DNA of 64,000 nucleotides, taken from Saccostrea cucullata (taxonomy: Eukaryota). Of the stretch, positions 24,611 to 37,700 are shown piece by piece. A model generated the notes under the pieces. The model worked only from the letters and a program-made list of their open reading frames with translations, was not told the origin of the DNA and ran no database searches. The number at the start of each line of letters is the position of its first letter. Positions within the stretch are counted from its first letter, which is position 1. The translations under genes and the position numbers were made by a program. Where the stretch lies: contig NW_026932328.1 of assembly GCF_032062105.1 (NCBI RefSeq), positions 372,001 to 436,000 on the forward strand, given 5' to 3'.

Positions 24611-25798
24611 ATTAAGAAGACATGGGACAGAGAGGTGTGAAAGCTTCCCAAATATTTAAAAGGCAACTCTATTGATAAGTAAACTAATTAATGAGATGAA
24701 CACAATGTATTGTTTTTCCATACTATTAATAACCTCACTATTTTCAGTGTTGACTGCAGTATATACACAAACAAATAAATGATACAGAAAACAATAAGTA
24801 TTCCAGAAAATCATGAAAATTGTACAACGTCTATAGATGTCTGAAAATTATTTAGCTAAATTGTTTTTAACATGGATATATATTTGTATTTTTTTTATAC
24901 ATATTAAGATTTTTTTATACATATTTAGATTTTTTTGTAATATAATTATGTAGCCTTTTTTATATTAATGCAAACAAATCTGGATTCATTTTTTTTTTAA
25001 ATATCAACGCCACTGATATTTTTTGTTGTAAGAGGCCGTCCATAGTGCACGTTGTGTTTTTTGATGCATAGATACAATTAAACTATGCTGTATTCGTATA
25101 ATGCTCTGAAAAATATAATATTGGAATTGAATAAAAAGTCAAGATATGAAGAGGTATATAATGTTGAATCCTTCAATTAGAATTTTCAATTTAAATAGCA
25201 TTTACAACCCTTTCAAATGCAGTCACTATTTGTATACACAATTATTTGCATAGAAAATAAATTAAAATGTGCACTGGAACATTTATTCGAAACCATTTTC
25301 CTAACACATTTGTTGTTCAATATGCATATTTATGATAAATGTTCTTCACTTAAGCATATTTCATACGGTTAGAATTATGCGAAATAATTATTTTTTTGCA
25401 TATTGTTTTGTCTGTTGTTCTTTAATCAGCAAGTATGGGACCACTCTAATTTAAACGTGGTGGCTTATTTGTAGTTGAATAAATGTTTAATATCTTGGAT
25501 ACAAGATTTCTGTTCTTATCTAAGAAAATGATATATATTTGTGTTAAGTGGTTAAACAGAAATGAAAATCTTGACATCAGTTTATTTTTCTTAAAGAAAC
25601 TTTTTTTTAAAGTCAAATATGAAAAAAAAAACTTGACAGTCACGAGTATCGTATATATGACTACTCTTAAATGTCTTCTTTAAAACATGATTTTTTTTTC
25701 CAATATAAAATTGTTCTAAGAGGATACCTTCATTTTTTCCCCTTTCATTAAAAATGAAATTAAAGTGAGATCGAAAACTGGTATATATCTTTGGCACA

Positions 25799-28700
25799 TC
25801 AAACTGAATGAAATAGATAATTTAAAATAAGGGATGTCAACGAACATTCAAATATTCATTCGGTGAGTTCTTATTCGAAAAGGACATTATGATTCGAATA
25901 TTCGTTTTTTTTTAAAAGTATACATGCATTTAAAAGAGAAACAGATAGAATCAGCATATAATTTAAAACAAAATTAATTGATACTACTCTTGACTAAGTT
26001 AAATGTTCAATTCAGGTTAAAACAGTATGAAAAAACATGGAGCACAGAAATGCATTTACCTGCGTTATCATCCACTACTTTAGCATAAACATTTTCTTGT
26101 CTGTAATTGTCAAGTTCATCATACTGGGATCTGTGAATGTAATATATATCTATATTTTTATCAAAAGATTAACTCAAACATGTAATATTAATCATTATTT
26201 CTTTATTTTATGTATGCGTTTTTATTCGCTTACCTTGAGGTTTGCTCTTGATCCTCTTGATGAACACCTTCTAAAACAAAGGAAATAATCATGCTTTTAT
26301 AGCATTAAATACAGGATAGATTTTTTGGTTTCTTCAAAATGTTAAGAGCTATCATTTCTGAAATTAACATGTTTTTCTCACAAGAAACAAATACTTTATT
26401 AACCACCTGTTCCTTTGGCGACGTCCAGATAATGATGGCCTTCTTCCTGAGTTATATCCTCCATCACATAGTCTGGATTTTTACTAGAATAGTTTACTTT
26501 ATAAGTTGGCCCTGAATTAAAGTGTAAAAGTTTTAACATGCATTCTCTGTAAGCACCAAAAAATTTACTATAGGGCTTGGAAACGACATATCTCCAATTT
26601 TGATGAAATTTGCACCACAGGTGTACCTTGGCACAAAACCAGCATATATGGTGTCAGAAGTTTCCCACGTGCACCTGGTTGCCATGGTGACGGATCCATT
26701 GAATTTGGCCATTTTCGGCCATTTTTGACCAAACAAATACATGAAAATTTAGGAAATATGAATGCATTTTTGTCTTTACGTAGTAGACTCAAATATAAAT
26801 CTTTGTATCATAAGAAAACATCAACTTTAAAGGAATACACGGCATATAATCAGTTATTTCAGAATTAACCCACTCTTAGAAAATGGTCCTGCAAAATGGC
26901 ATGGTTTCTAAAAATGTGAGAAATGGAAAATTTGGCATTTTTTGATAAATTTAAGGTTAAATAAAAAAAATTGTCTACGGAAATTTTTCAAATCTTATGC
27001 ATGTCGTCAAACATCAGTATAAGAAGTGTCTCCTCATGAAAAAATCGGAGTGGGATCTCAAGGCTATTTTTAGTAACATGTATCTAAAAATAGACATATT
27101 TCAGAAAAATCCAAAAAATGAAATTTTGGCAGAGTTTATGATGGCATTGCTAGGTAATTATGATATATACTGTAAAAGTCAATATGCCAATGCCAGAGAC
27201 TGGACACCAATAACTAAAACGCATATTATTTTCAGGGATTTCCGTTTTCTATTTATAGCTTCAAAGGTCTAAATATAGACATGTCTCATAAAATGCTGAA
27301 AAATGTCAATTTCCCATCATTTTGAAGCTTCACCAAGTCTTAAATAATAAACATACGGATCTCTCCAATATTCCATCAATAAGGACAAGGAATACTTTAA
27401 TAACTCACAAATTATTGAGGACAGGCTCTCATATCTATAAATAGTACAAATGTCTAAAAATAGACACATGTGAAGTTAACTGTTTAATGACGATTTTCCA
27501 TTAATTCTCAAATTAGAGATGAACAATTTACCCACTCAGTGTCATTAACTGCAACTGGCATAATGTGACTGACAATAACAGACGAACATTCAATGGAATG
27601 CAGCATGATAAGCAGAGGTTTCCATTTCTATTTATAGTAACACATGTTTAAAAATAGACATAATGCAAAATTTTGGATTAATGTAGTTTTTAGTACTTTT
27701 TTCTCAAAATTATGATGAACAATTGAAGACCATTTGTTTTTTAAAAACTGCTATTGGCATATGGTGACCAACAAGTAAAAGAAAGTATTATATGAAATAT
27801 AGAATGAGAAGCAGAGGTTTCCATTTCTATTTATAGTAACACATGTTCAAAACTAGACATGCTGCAAATTCGCTAGAAAATGTAGACTTTCGCTCTTTTT
27901 TCTAATATTTTGGGTGGACAATGTGCAAACGAGTGATTTTTATTTGTTATTGACAGAAGGTGACTAAAGAATATGAAATAGATTTAGCTAAAATGTATAA
28001 GAAGAATGTTTAATGGTATTTTTCCATTTCTATTTATAGTAACACATATTTATAAATAATCAGGAAGATTTAGAATCGTTCTTTTTTCTTATATTAGGGA
28101 TAGGGAATTTGCAATCAAACTTTCATTAGCTGTAACTGACATGGCTCATTGTATACGGCGCGCCAGCATGTCCATCTCATTACAATATCACAAAAGTATG
28201 TTCTCCCTGCATTAAAACACTCAAATGACAGCGATTATTATAATTCAAGCATTATTGCTTAAATTCAAGTCGACAGCCTGTGCCCAATAGCATTTTGTTT
28301 GTTAGGTGGATCCAGAAAAATTTTCCTTAGGAGGTGGTTGCTCATATCACAACGGTAAGAGGTCTGAGGCATAGCTTTAGTTAGATCATTACGTCAGTTT
28401 AAGTGAAAGTTGAATATTCAAGGGATCCCGGATTCCCATTTGATCCATGCATGCCTTACCACAATTTGTTCAAGAGTAATCCGAAATTTTCCCCAATGTT
28501 TTGAGTTGGCCCACTTTCGATTTCTCTCTCTCTGTACGTACATGAATATATTTCTCCAGACTTTAAATATATCATTGAAAAATATTAAGTGCTTTGGTAT
28601 TTATAAATTTTTTTTTACATATAAACATCCATGTAGGAGTTGGAACCTGGGGGGGGGGGGGCGGCTCACAAAAATAGACATCATATAGGTATAAACATTG

Positions 28701-31700
28701 GGGAGTAGATTTAGCCCCCCCCCCCTCCCTTTCAGCAGTCATGTTGCAGTGTAGTTGAAGAGTGTAAGTGGTAGTGTTTGAAAGAATAAAAATGGCACTG
28801 AAAGAAGATCCCCCCTCCCACGAAATAGGATTTCATGTTTGGACAATAGACACCCCCACCCTTATTATTTTTTCAGTTCCGATTTCCCCCCCCCCCTTTC
28901 ACCATAGATTCTAGAGTTTTACCTCCTTTTTAAAGACTTGATTCTTTGGTACGTTTTACAAGAACCCAAAAAGCCTGAATTGCTCTTCTGATAAATTGTA
29001 CAATCTATCACTTCTATTTGAAGCCTTTAACTCTAATTATTGTGAGACCAAACTTGCATTATCTGACAAAGTTTGATGATTCTTGGCCAATTAGGACTGA
29101 AGAAATTTTAATAAAGCTATAGAAAAAAACATAAGTAGGTCACAGTGACCTGTTTTTTGATAACTTGAAATGCATTAATAGACAAAGATTGAGGATTCTA
29201 AGGCAATAAGTATTTTATATAATAAATGTAGATAACTGTGATCTTCTTTTTTGTCTACATTCTCCGAAACCCCAATATGCATCAACTGACAAAGTTTGAT
29301 GATTCTAAGCCAATAAGTACTGGAGATACTTAAATATAGCCATAAAATGTCAAAAGTAGGTCACTGTGACCTACTTTTTGGTCGTCACTCTCCGAAAACC
29401 AAAGCTGCATCAACTCTAAGATATTTAAATATAGCCATAAAATGTTGAAAGTAGGTCATCTTGACATACATTTTGGTCGAAGGTTTTAAAGTTCCAAGAT
29501 GCGTCTACTGACTAAGTTTGATGATCGTAAGTCTGAAGTTAATCAAAATATGCCTTTTAAACAATTTGAAAACAAATGCCCACAAAATTCAAAAAGTAGT
29601 CACAGTGACCCACATTTTCATAAATATTTAATAATGTCCCAAGATGCATCAACTTACAAGATTTAATGATTATAAACCTCTCAGTGTCTGAATGGAATTT
29701 AATGTTTCAAAAAGGATAAGTCGTAAAGTTTAAAAGGAAGGTCAGGTGACCTACTTTTAAGTTTTGTTTGAGGACCGAAGACCGAAGATACATCAACTGA
29801 CAGAGTTTGATGATCATGGGCCTTAAAGTGTCCAAAATATGCCTTCAATTCAATTTAAACAAAATATACCCGTAAAATTTAAAAAGTAGGACACCGTGAC
29901 CTACTTTTGATTTAACATGTGAAGCCCTAAGATGCATCAACTCACAAGATTTTATGATTCTAGTCCTCATAGTAAGCAAAATATAAACGTTTTTATTAAT
30001 TCTAAATTAAGGTCAACTTGAAAGTGACCTTAAGACCACCGCCTTTGTCCCAGGGTAATTTCCCGTTGAAATATTAATCTTCACCATATCCTGATCCTTG
30101 TGTGTAAGTTTGATGAAAATCTCCCTGGTGGTTGTGGAGAAGAAATTTTTTTTTAGCAACCAGTACTTTTCGTTTTGTTTTCCTGATTACCTCCCCTTGT
30201 TTAAGGCTCTAAACCCTTATTTTAGTATAAATGGTAGTCCTTGGGCCAAGGATACGCTGTGTCAAATATTACACTGATTGGCCAAGGGGTTCTTGAGTTA
30301 TGGCCCATACTCTAAAAAGTTTACGCACACCACACAAATGGCCATAGCATTACAACCCTACTAATGTTATTGTGATTTAAATCCAAGACAAGTGGTTTAG
30401 GTTGATCTATTCTAAGGTTATAGGGTAGAACCGGTTTTATAAATAAAATTGGCAGTAAACATGATATTGCTATAGCCTGCTTCTTTTGAGAACATGTCCT
30501 GTAATAAATGTTTCCAGACCTTTCTGAAAGACTTTCATGATTTTCAACAGAAAAAATGAAAGAATGACTAAAGAAGGGGGTGATAGAATAATAATATATC
30601 TTTTACTTTTCGGCGAAAATAAGAGCTCACTAGTGACCGATTTGCTGGTAAAAAATGTGCGATATCATCTACACTGACAAACCTTTGTTTGCCTTATATG
30701 GCTATTGTTATAAATGCGCACAGAGGATCTTACCACGAGCAACTGACCAATCGTTGAAATGAATAGCAACATTTACGCCAAATATGTGTTTACATTTTAC
30801 TTCGAACAAGTAGTTCAGGTCAACCAGCAATCATGTTAATGGACTGCAAAATAAAAAAAAATGTTCTTACGAACAAAATACAAAGATAAGAAACTATGAA
30901 TGATATTACGGGCATTTAAATCACAGGACAAAACTTTGTTTACGTTCGTGATCACGTGTTCGGCCAGGGAATTCACCTGGCAATTGTATTCACCGATAGT
31001 ACAACTGTGAACAAAGAAATTAATACAGATGCAGTATGAATTTCAGAAACCTAGACTTCCGCCGTTTATTGAACAAATTAATTGTTTGTCATTATATCTA
31101 TGTGCATGAAAATAATTTTTTTAAAATGCTTTTCATTTACCATAAGATTTTCCTCTTTTTTCAAGCGTAAAATTTCTAAAGTATTCATGGTAACCCATAA
31201 TGCAACGCTCATTCAGCTGATTGGTCAGTTAAAATCATGCTTGTGCCTCATTTGCTAATCTGACGTCAAAAAATATAGTCCCGGTTCCCATGCAAAATAT
31301 TTGTCCAAAAAGAAATATCAATTCATGACTGCAGAAAATTGTATTAGAGAGAATACTTATTTAAGTTTGAATGAATGTAAAAGAGATCGATTGATTGAAG
31401 TAAATTTCTACACATTAGCTGATTCTAGGATGGTGAAAACTGAAACGCAACATAACTTTCCTGTTTACCATGCTTCCACGTGCTAGTCACTTCCTAGCCA
31501 CATTTCCGTAAATAATTTACCCTATCTCGCTGAAGTCTAGATTACTCTCGCCAGAGCAACTGCCAGAGCTACTCTGGACTCATCGGGTTTTATAATTTGC
31601 AGAACACCGAAAAATAAAAGGTTCCGAACACATTAGTAGGGGTGCATTAGTTCTTTGAACCTTTGACTCAGAAAAGCTAAAAATACTAATACTACTAAAA

Positions 31701-34700
31701 ATTAACTTGTCTTTATGAGAGGATGGACATTTACTTTAGTTACAGAAATGGCTTTTCTAATAATAGGCCTTAAAAACAAAATTTTGGTCAGAAATATCAA
31801 TTTATTGATTGATTGTGTGTTGCTTAACGTCCCTCTCGAGAATTTTTCACTCATATGGAGACGCCACCACTTGCCGGTAGAGGGCTACAAATTTTGTCCT
31901 ATGTTCGCACTTAGGGCCTTTGAGCAGTGAGGGATCTTTTTCATGCCAGCACCTCCTGCGACACGGGGCCTCGGTTTATACAGTCTATTGAAAAATCAAA
32001 CAGAGAAAAAGTCTTATCCCTTCATCTAAGGATACTTTGCGGCAAGTTTAGTTGAAATTAACACAGTGGTTCTTGATAAAAGATGAAAATGTTAAAAGTT
32101 TCCAACGAGAACGACAACGACTGACAACGCACAAATGATCATAAAAGCTCACATGAGCCTTTATTTTAAAACATGTGTTACTAGAAATAGAAATGGAAAC
32201 CCACATTATTATATATTTCGGTTACTGCTCTCTTGTACGTGTCGGTTACATTATGTTAGTTACAGCTAATGAAAGTTTTACTGCAATTTCCTATCCCTAA
32301 TTTGAGAAAATAGAACGATTCTACATTTTCTTGATTAATTGCTGAATGTCTATTTATAGATATACGTTACTATAGGTAAAAATGGAAAAATACCCTTAAA
32401 CATTATTCTTTTACATTTTAGCCAAAGTTTTCTCATATTCGTTAGTCACCTTCTGTCAATAACAAATAAAAATCACTTCTCTGCAAATTGTCCATCCCAA
32501 ATGTTAGAAAAAAAGTGCGAAAGTCTACATTTTCTCGAGAATTTGCAGTATGTCTATTTTCAAACATGTGTTATTATGAATAGAAATGGAAACCTCTGCT
32601 TCTAATTCTGTTTTTCATATAATGCTTTTTTTTACTTGTCAGTTACCAGTTAAAAACTTATTGTCTGCAATTGTTCATCCAAAATGTGAGAAAAAAGTAG
32701 TAAAAACTTCTTTTTTTCCGTTATTTTGCAGTACGTTTATTTTTATATATGTGTTACTATAAATAGAAATGGACACCTCTGCCTATCATTCTGTATTTCA
32801 TATAATGCTTTCTTTTACTTGTTGGTCACCATAAGGCAATAGCAGTTAAAAACATATAGTCTGCAATTGTTCATCCAAAATATGAGAAAAAAGTAATAAA
32901 AACTACATTTTCCCTATATTTTGCAGTACGTCTATTTTTAAACATGTGTTACTATAAATAGAAATGGAAACCTCTGCTTCTCATTCTATATTTCATATAA
33001 TGCTTTCTTTAACTTGTTGGCCACCATAAGCCAATAGCAGTTTAAAACATATAGTCTGCAATTGTTCATCTAAAATATAAGAAAAAAGTACTAAAAACTA
33101 CATTTTTCCGATATTTTGCAATACGTCTATTTTTAAACATGTGTCACTATAAATAGAAATGGAGACCTCTGCTTATCATGCTGCATTCCATTGAATGTTC
33201 GTCTGTTCTTGTCAGTCACATTATGTCAGTTGCAGTAAATGACACTAAGTGGGTAAATTGTTCATCTCTAATTTGAGAATTAATGGGAAATCGTCATTAA
33301 ACAGTTAATTTCACAATTGTCTATTTTTAGACCTTTGTACTATTTATAGATATGAGAGCCTGTCCTCAATAATTTGTGAGTTATCAAAGTATTCCTTGTT
33401 CTTATTGATGAAATATTGGAGAGATCCGTATGTTTATTATTCAAGACTCGGTGAAGCTTCAAAATGATGGAAAATTGACATTTTTCAGCATTTTATGAGA
33501 CATGTGTATATTTAGACATTTGAAGCTATAAATAAAAAACGGAAATCCCTGAAAACAATATGCGTTTTAGTTATTGGTGTCCAGTCTCTGGCATTGGCAT
33601 ATTGACTTTTACAGTAGACATCATAATTACCTAGCAATGACATCATAAACTCTGCCAAAATTTCATTTTTTGGATTTTTCTGAAATATGTCTATTTTTAG
33701 ATACATGTTACTAAAAATAGCCTTGAGATCCCACTCCAATTTTTTCATGAGGGGACACTACTAATACTGACGTTTGACGACATACATAAGATTTGAAAAA
33801 TTTCCGTAGACAATTTTTTTAAATTAACCTTAAATTTATCAAAAAATTCCAAATTTTCCATTTCTCACATTTTCAGAAACTATGCCATTTTGCAGGACCA
33901 TTTTCTAAGAGTGGGGTTAATTCTGTAATAACTGATTATATGCCGTGTATTCCTTAAAAGTTGATGTTTTCTTATGATACAAAGATTTATATTTGAGTTT
34001 ACTACGTAAAGATAAAAATGCATTCATATTTTCTAAATTTTCATGTATTTGTTTGGTCAAAAATGGCCGAAAATGGCCAAATTCAATGGATCCGTCTCCA
34101 TGGCAACCAGATGCACGTGGGAAACTTCTGACACCATATATGCTGGTTTTGTTCCAAGGTGCACCTGTGGTGCAAATTTCATCAAAATCGGAGATATGTC
34201 GTTTCCAAGATTTTTTGGTGCTTACAGAGAATGCATGTTAAAAGTGATCACGAAACATACATGTTTTCCGTTACTTAAACATCTTTCTCCACACAGCTTA
34301 CACCTAAAATAGATCTAATGTATTTTTTATAAACATCGAAGTTTAGTCGTGCTATTATAAGAGTTTTCCATGTTTTACGCCTCTTTTGTAAAAAAAAATA
34401 TATATACATCGTTATGATAGACCTATTCAATATAAACCGAATAATAAACCTTCCAATTCTAAAACTTACGGCTTACAAAATAATTTTTCCTTTAAAACTT
34501 ACAATTTTATACACTTTCTGAAATAACACATTTAGAAATATATACATGTATAAAAGAGAAAGAAAGTAAGCTACAGATAAAATATTTTTATCTGGGTATG
34601 CTTTACCTCTATTTTGAAGACACTTTCTGGTGATGATAAATGTCATCAGACATATGCAGGTCAAAAGGAAAATTCCAAAGAGCGAGCCAAACACAGAAGC

Positions 34701-37700
34701 AAGAGATGCAGATTCTATATTCAAAAGTTGTCAAGATAGTGGTTTATACATCAAAATTAGTCTTCAAGTATGAATAAGAAATAGATGTACATGTAAACAG
34801 AATTAATAAGGAAATCTCAAGTTGATATCTCAGAGAATCTTCTGGACACATTAAAAACAGTTTCAGTCAAATTGGAGAGCACATATGTGTGCACTCCATT
34901 GATTTTTAAGATATATTTTATGAAGCAAAAGTACCAAAATTTTAAGAAATGTAATATTCACATGCATGGCAATGAAAGCGTAGCAGGAAAAATACTGACC
35001 TTTATCCAAATTTCTTATTGAACAAGTGTCTTGTACAGGAACAGATTCTCCGTATTTATTCACAGCAATAAGAGTAAATGTATAAAATTGATTTTCCAAA
35101 TTAGGAATAATAGTACTGATTCCCGATATAAGAGAGGTATTCATTTGAGGACCAGTGACTGTTTTGTGTGATAATGTGAAAGTTTGTGCTACTCCGCCGT
35201 CAGATCCTGGAATCCAACTAATAAAAGCCATCCCCTCTATTGAGCAAAGAAGGGACATATTTTGTGGTGCATCTGGTACGCCTGGAATATATAATATTAA
35301 ATATATATATATTTTTTACTTTTATTATTAATACTGTTCCATTTATCTTAAAAAAAAGAACTATTAACATTTAAAGAAAATACATTTACCTTCTGGGATA
35401 ATGAGAACTGTAGTGAGGAAGGATCCATGGTCATTGCTAACATTTGCTGTATAATAACCAAACTCGTCTGTTTGAAGGGAATTCTTTTTATAACTAACAG
35501 AAAATGTTGAGATGTTTGCTGCTGTTGTCATATTTGTGTTCCAGAAATTACTGGCTATATACTTTTCTGCTGAAGTACTAGATTTCCTAAAAGTCCATTG
35601 GATGGAAGGTACTGGGTATGCTAAATACTTCGCCGAAAATACAAGCTTATTTGATGACATTTGTTGGAAGAATTGTCCATTTAGAGATCTTGGTTTACCT
35701 TTAAAATTGTTGTTGAAATAAAGATAATTAACAGAAAGATCGTATGAAAAGAAAACAAATAAAAGAAAACATGCTTTTAATTATTTCCCTTCCATGTAAT
35801 AATTTATGAGACTCAGAATTTATTCACTGGACAATTGAAACTTAAGTCTTAAGTGTTTCATCGGAACTATTATTAAAATTATTACCTGGTCCAACTATTA
35901 AACTACCGGTAGTAAATTACAAGTTATTTCAAATTAAGTGATTCCCCTACATACATCTTACGTATAACTCCACTGGAGTAGATTCTGAGATTCCTATAAC
36001 ATTCTTAGCCAAGCATATATAAACTGCCGTCTGGAAACACTGAGCTGAGTTTTCTGTAAAATTCAGAATGAATACACCCTGTCCTCTGCTGACAACCTCG
36101 CTGGTGTTTACATTCTGTATGGTTATGTTGGTAGATCTAGGACTGTTTACAATACAGTACATTACGAACCGAGATAGTTCACTCACGACGTGTCCACCAA
36201 CTATAGTAAAATTCTCTATTTCAGGACTATCTGAAACAATTCATGAAACACACAAACAATTCCTACAATGGTAATTTCTCATACATTTTCTTGAAATTAA
36301 AATATGATTCAAATCTTTTTAAGCATATAAAATTTAGTAAGTTATTTTCAAGGTTTGAGAGAAAAAAACATTTGATTAAATTATCGGTAGTACTTGAATT
36401 AAATGATATCACAACAACGTTTGCTACTTTGTGACGTTGTTAGCCATAATTCAAACATATACATGTATTTAAGTCTACAATTAATAAAAAAAGATTCCAT
36501 TCTATCTTTATTCAGTTCAGGAGCATCCACACAACGACAGGGGTTTTGAGTCCACTCGTGGCCGTTAGATTCCCGAAAAACTTTCCGCGGACATGCTTAC
36601 CTAAATTAGAAACTCATCCATTGGGCGTTTTCATAGACTGGTAGGTTGTAAGAATTTGACAGTTAAATGTACATATCATATTTTTGTTTGTCTAAAAGAG
36701 ATTTATTTTGGATGATTCATTGATAAGCAAAATAGATTAGAATTAGTAATTTTTCAAAAGATTTGTACAAACGTCAGGAACCTATAAGTTGTAAGGATGG
36801 CTGAATAGATTTTGAAATAACCTATAACCATATACTTACACATTCTTTCTTATATCCTCTAAAAAAGGATCTTGAAAATCATAGTTTCTTGTCTTTTTCA
36901 ATAGAAATATGATTGACATTGACCCAGTAGAGCTAATAAAACAAGAGCCCCGTAGGCCATAACGCTCAACTTAATCCTTTTGGTCACTTTAGTTCTTCAT
37001 CAGCAGAATTTTCTGTTATATATCTCTTTGGAAAACTTAAAAGCTTTTAGTGGCAACACCACGTCACTATATATACCTGTACAGCTGTATATACTTCTGT
37101 ATTACACGTTATATGATAAATCACGCCTCTGCCATTATACAGAAGATTTTAAAGACTTGAATGCTATGTATTCCTATGGGTATCTTTGATCACTTATTAT
37201 AACCTCATCTTACCCACAGAGGTTATCTTTGAAAATTCTTCGCTTTCTGTACATGCTTTTATATAAATACATGTAAATGTTGTTCTTTAGAAAAATATTT
37301 TTCTATATATTAAAACTTATACTGACCAAGCCTAAAGCCATAAGTTTAATTTCAAAAGTTTTTCTGTACTAGTATAATAATTGTTTTCGTTTTATTTTTT
37401 TATTTAATTATTTCGATTTTTATTTTCTTATTTTGTTGTTTTTTTTCGTTTTGGTTTGTATAGTTGGGCTTCAATACTCCTGAACAAGTGGTTCTTGAGA
37501 GGTCGAAAATGTGAAAAAGATAAATACGAACGTACATGAACCTCTTCGATTAAGAAAGCTCATCTGAACCTTTGGTTTAGACGAATGTTATTTTAGTTTG
37601 ATTTTAATATATTTCGAAAAATGTAAAGAAAAAAAAGTTTCTGAGTGAATATTTGTAATACTGGTACATACATACGACTTCCACATTAATAGTAGATGGT

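Larger units (their letters stand above)
26537..34237. mobile_element. 7.7-kb foldback-type DNA transposon with ~1.6-2.1 kb TIRs and TTAA target site
   Basis: The left arm 26537-~28140 is the reverse complement of the right arm ~32160-34237, which explains the mirror ORFs in the ORF track. Termini CATGCATTCTCTGTAAG... are flanked by TTAA at 26533-26536 and 34238-34241. The arms contain ~195-bp tandem repeats. No transposase ORF was found. Confidence 0.85.

Noticed and set aside
27230-30000. CRISPR-like regularly spaced repeats
   Set aside because: Eukaryotic context; the 'spacers' are homologous to each other, so these are tandem repeats; no cas genes.
26533-34312. Pairs of near-identical ORFs on opposite strands (26533-27272 and 33512-34312)
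   Set aside because: They are mirror images produced by the transposon's long TIRs and have no recognisable domain.
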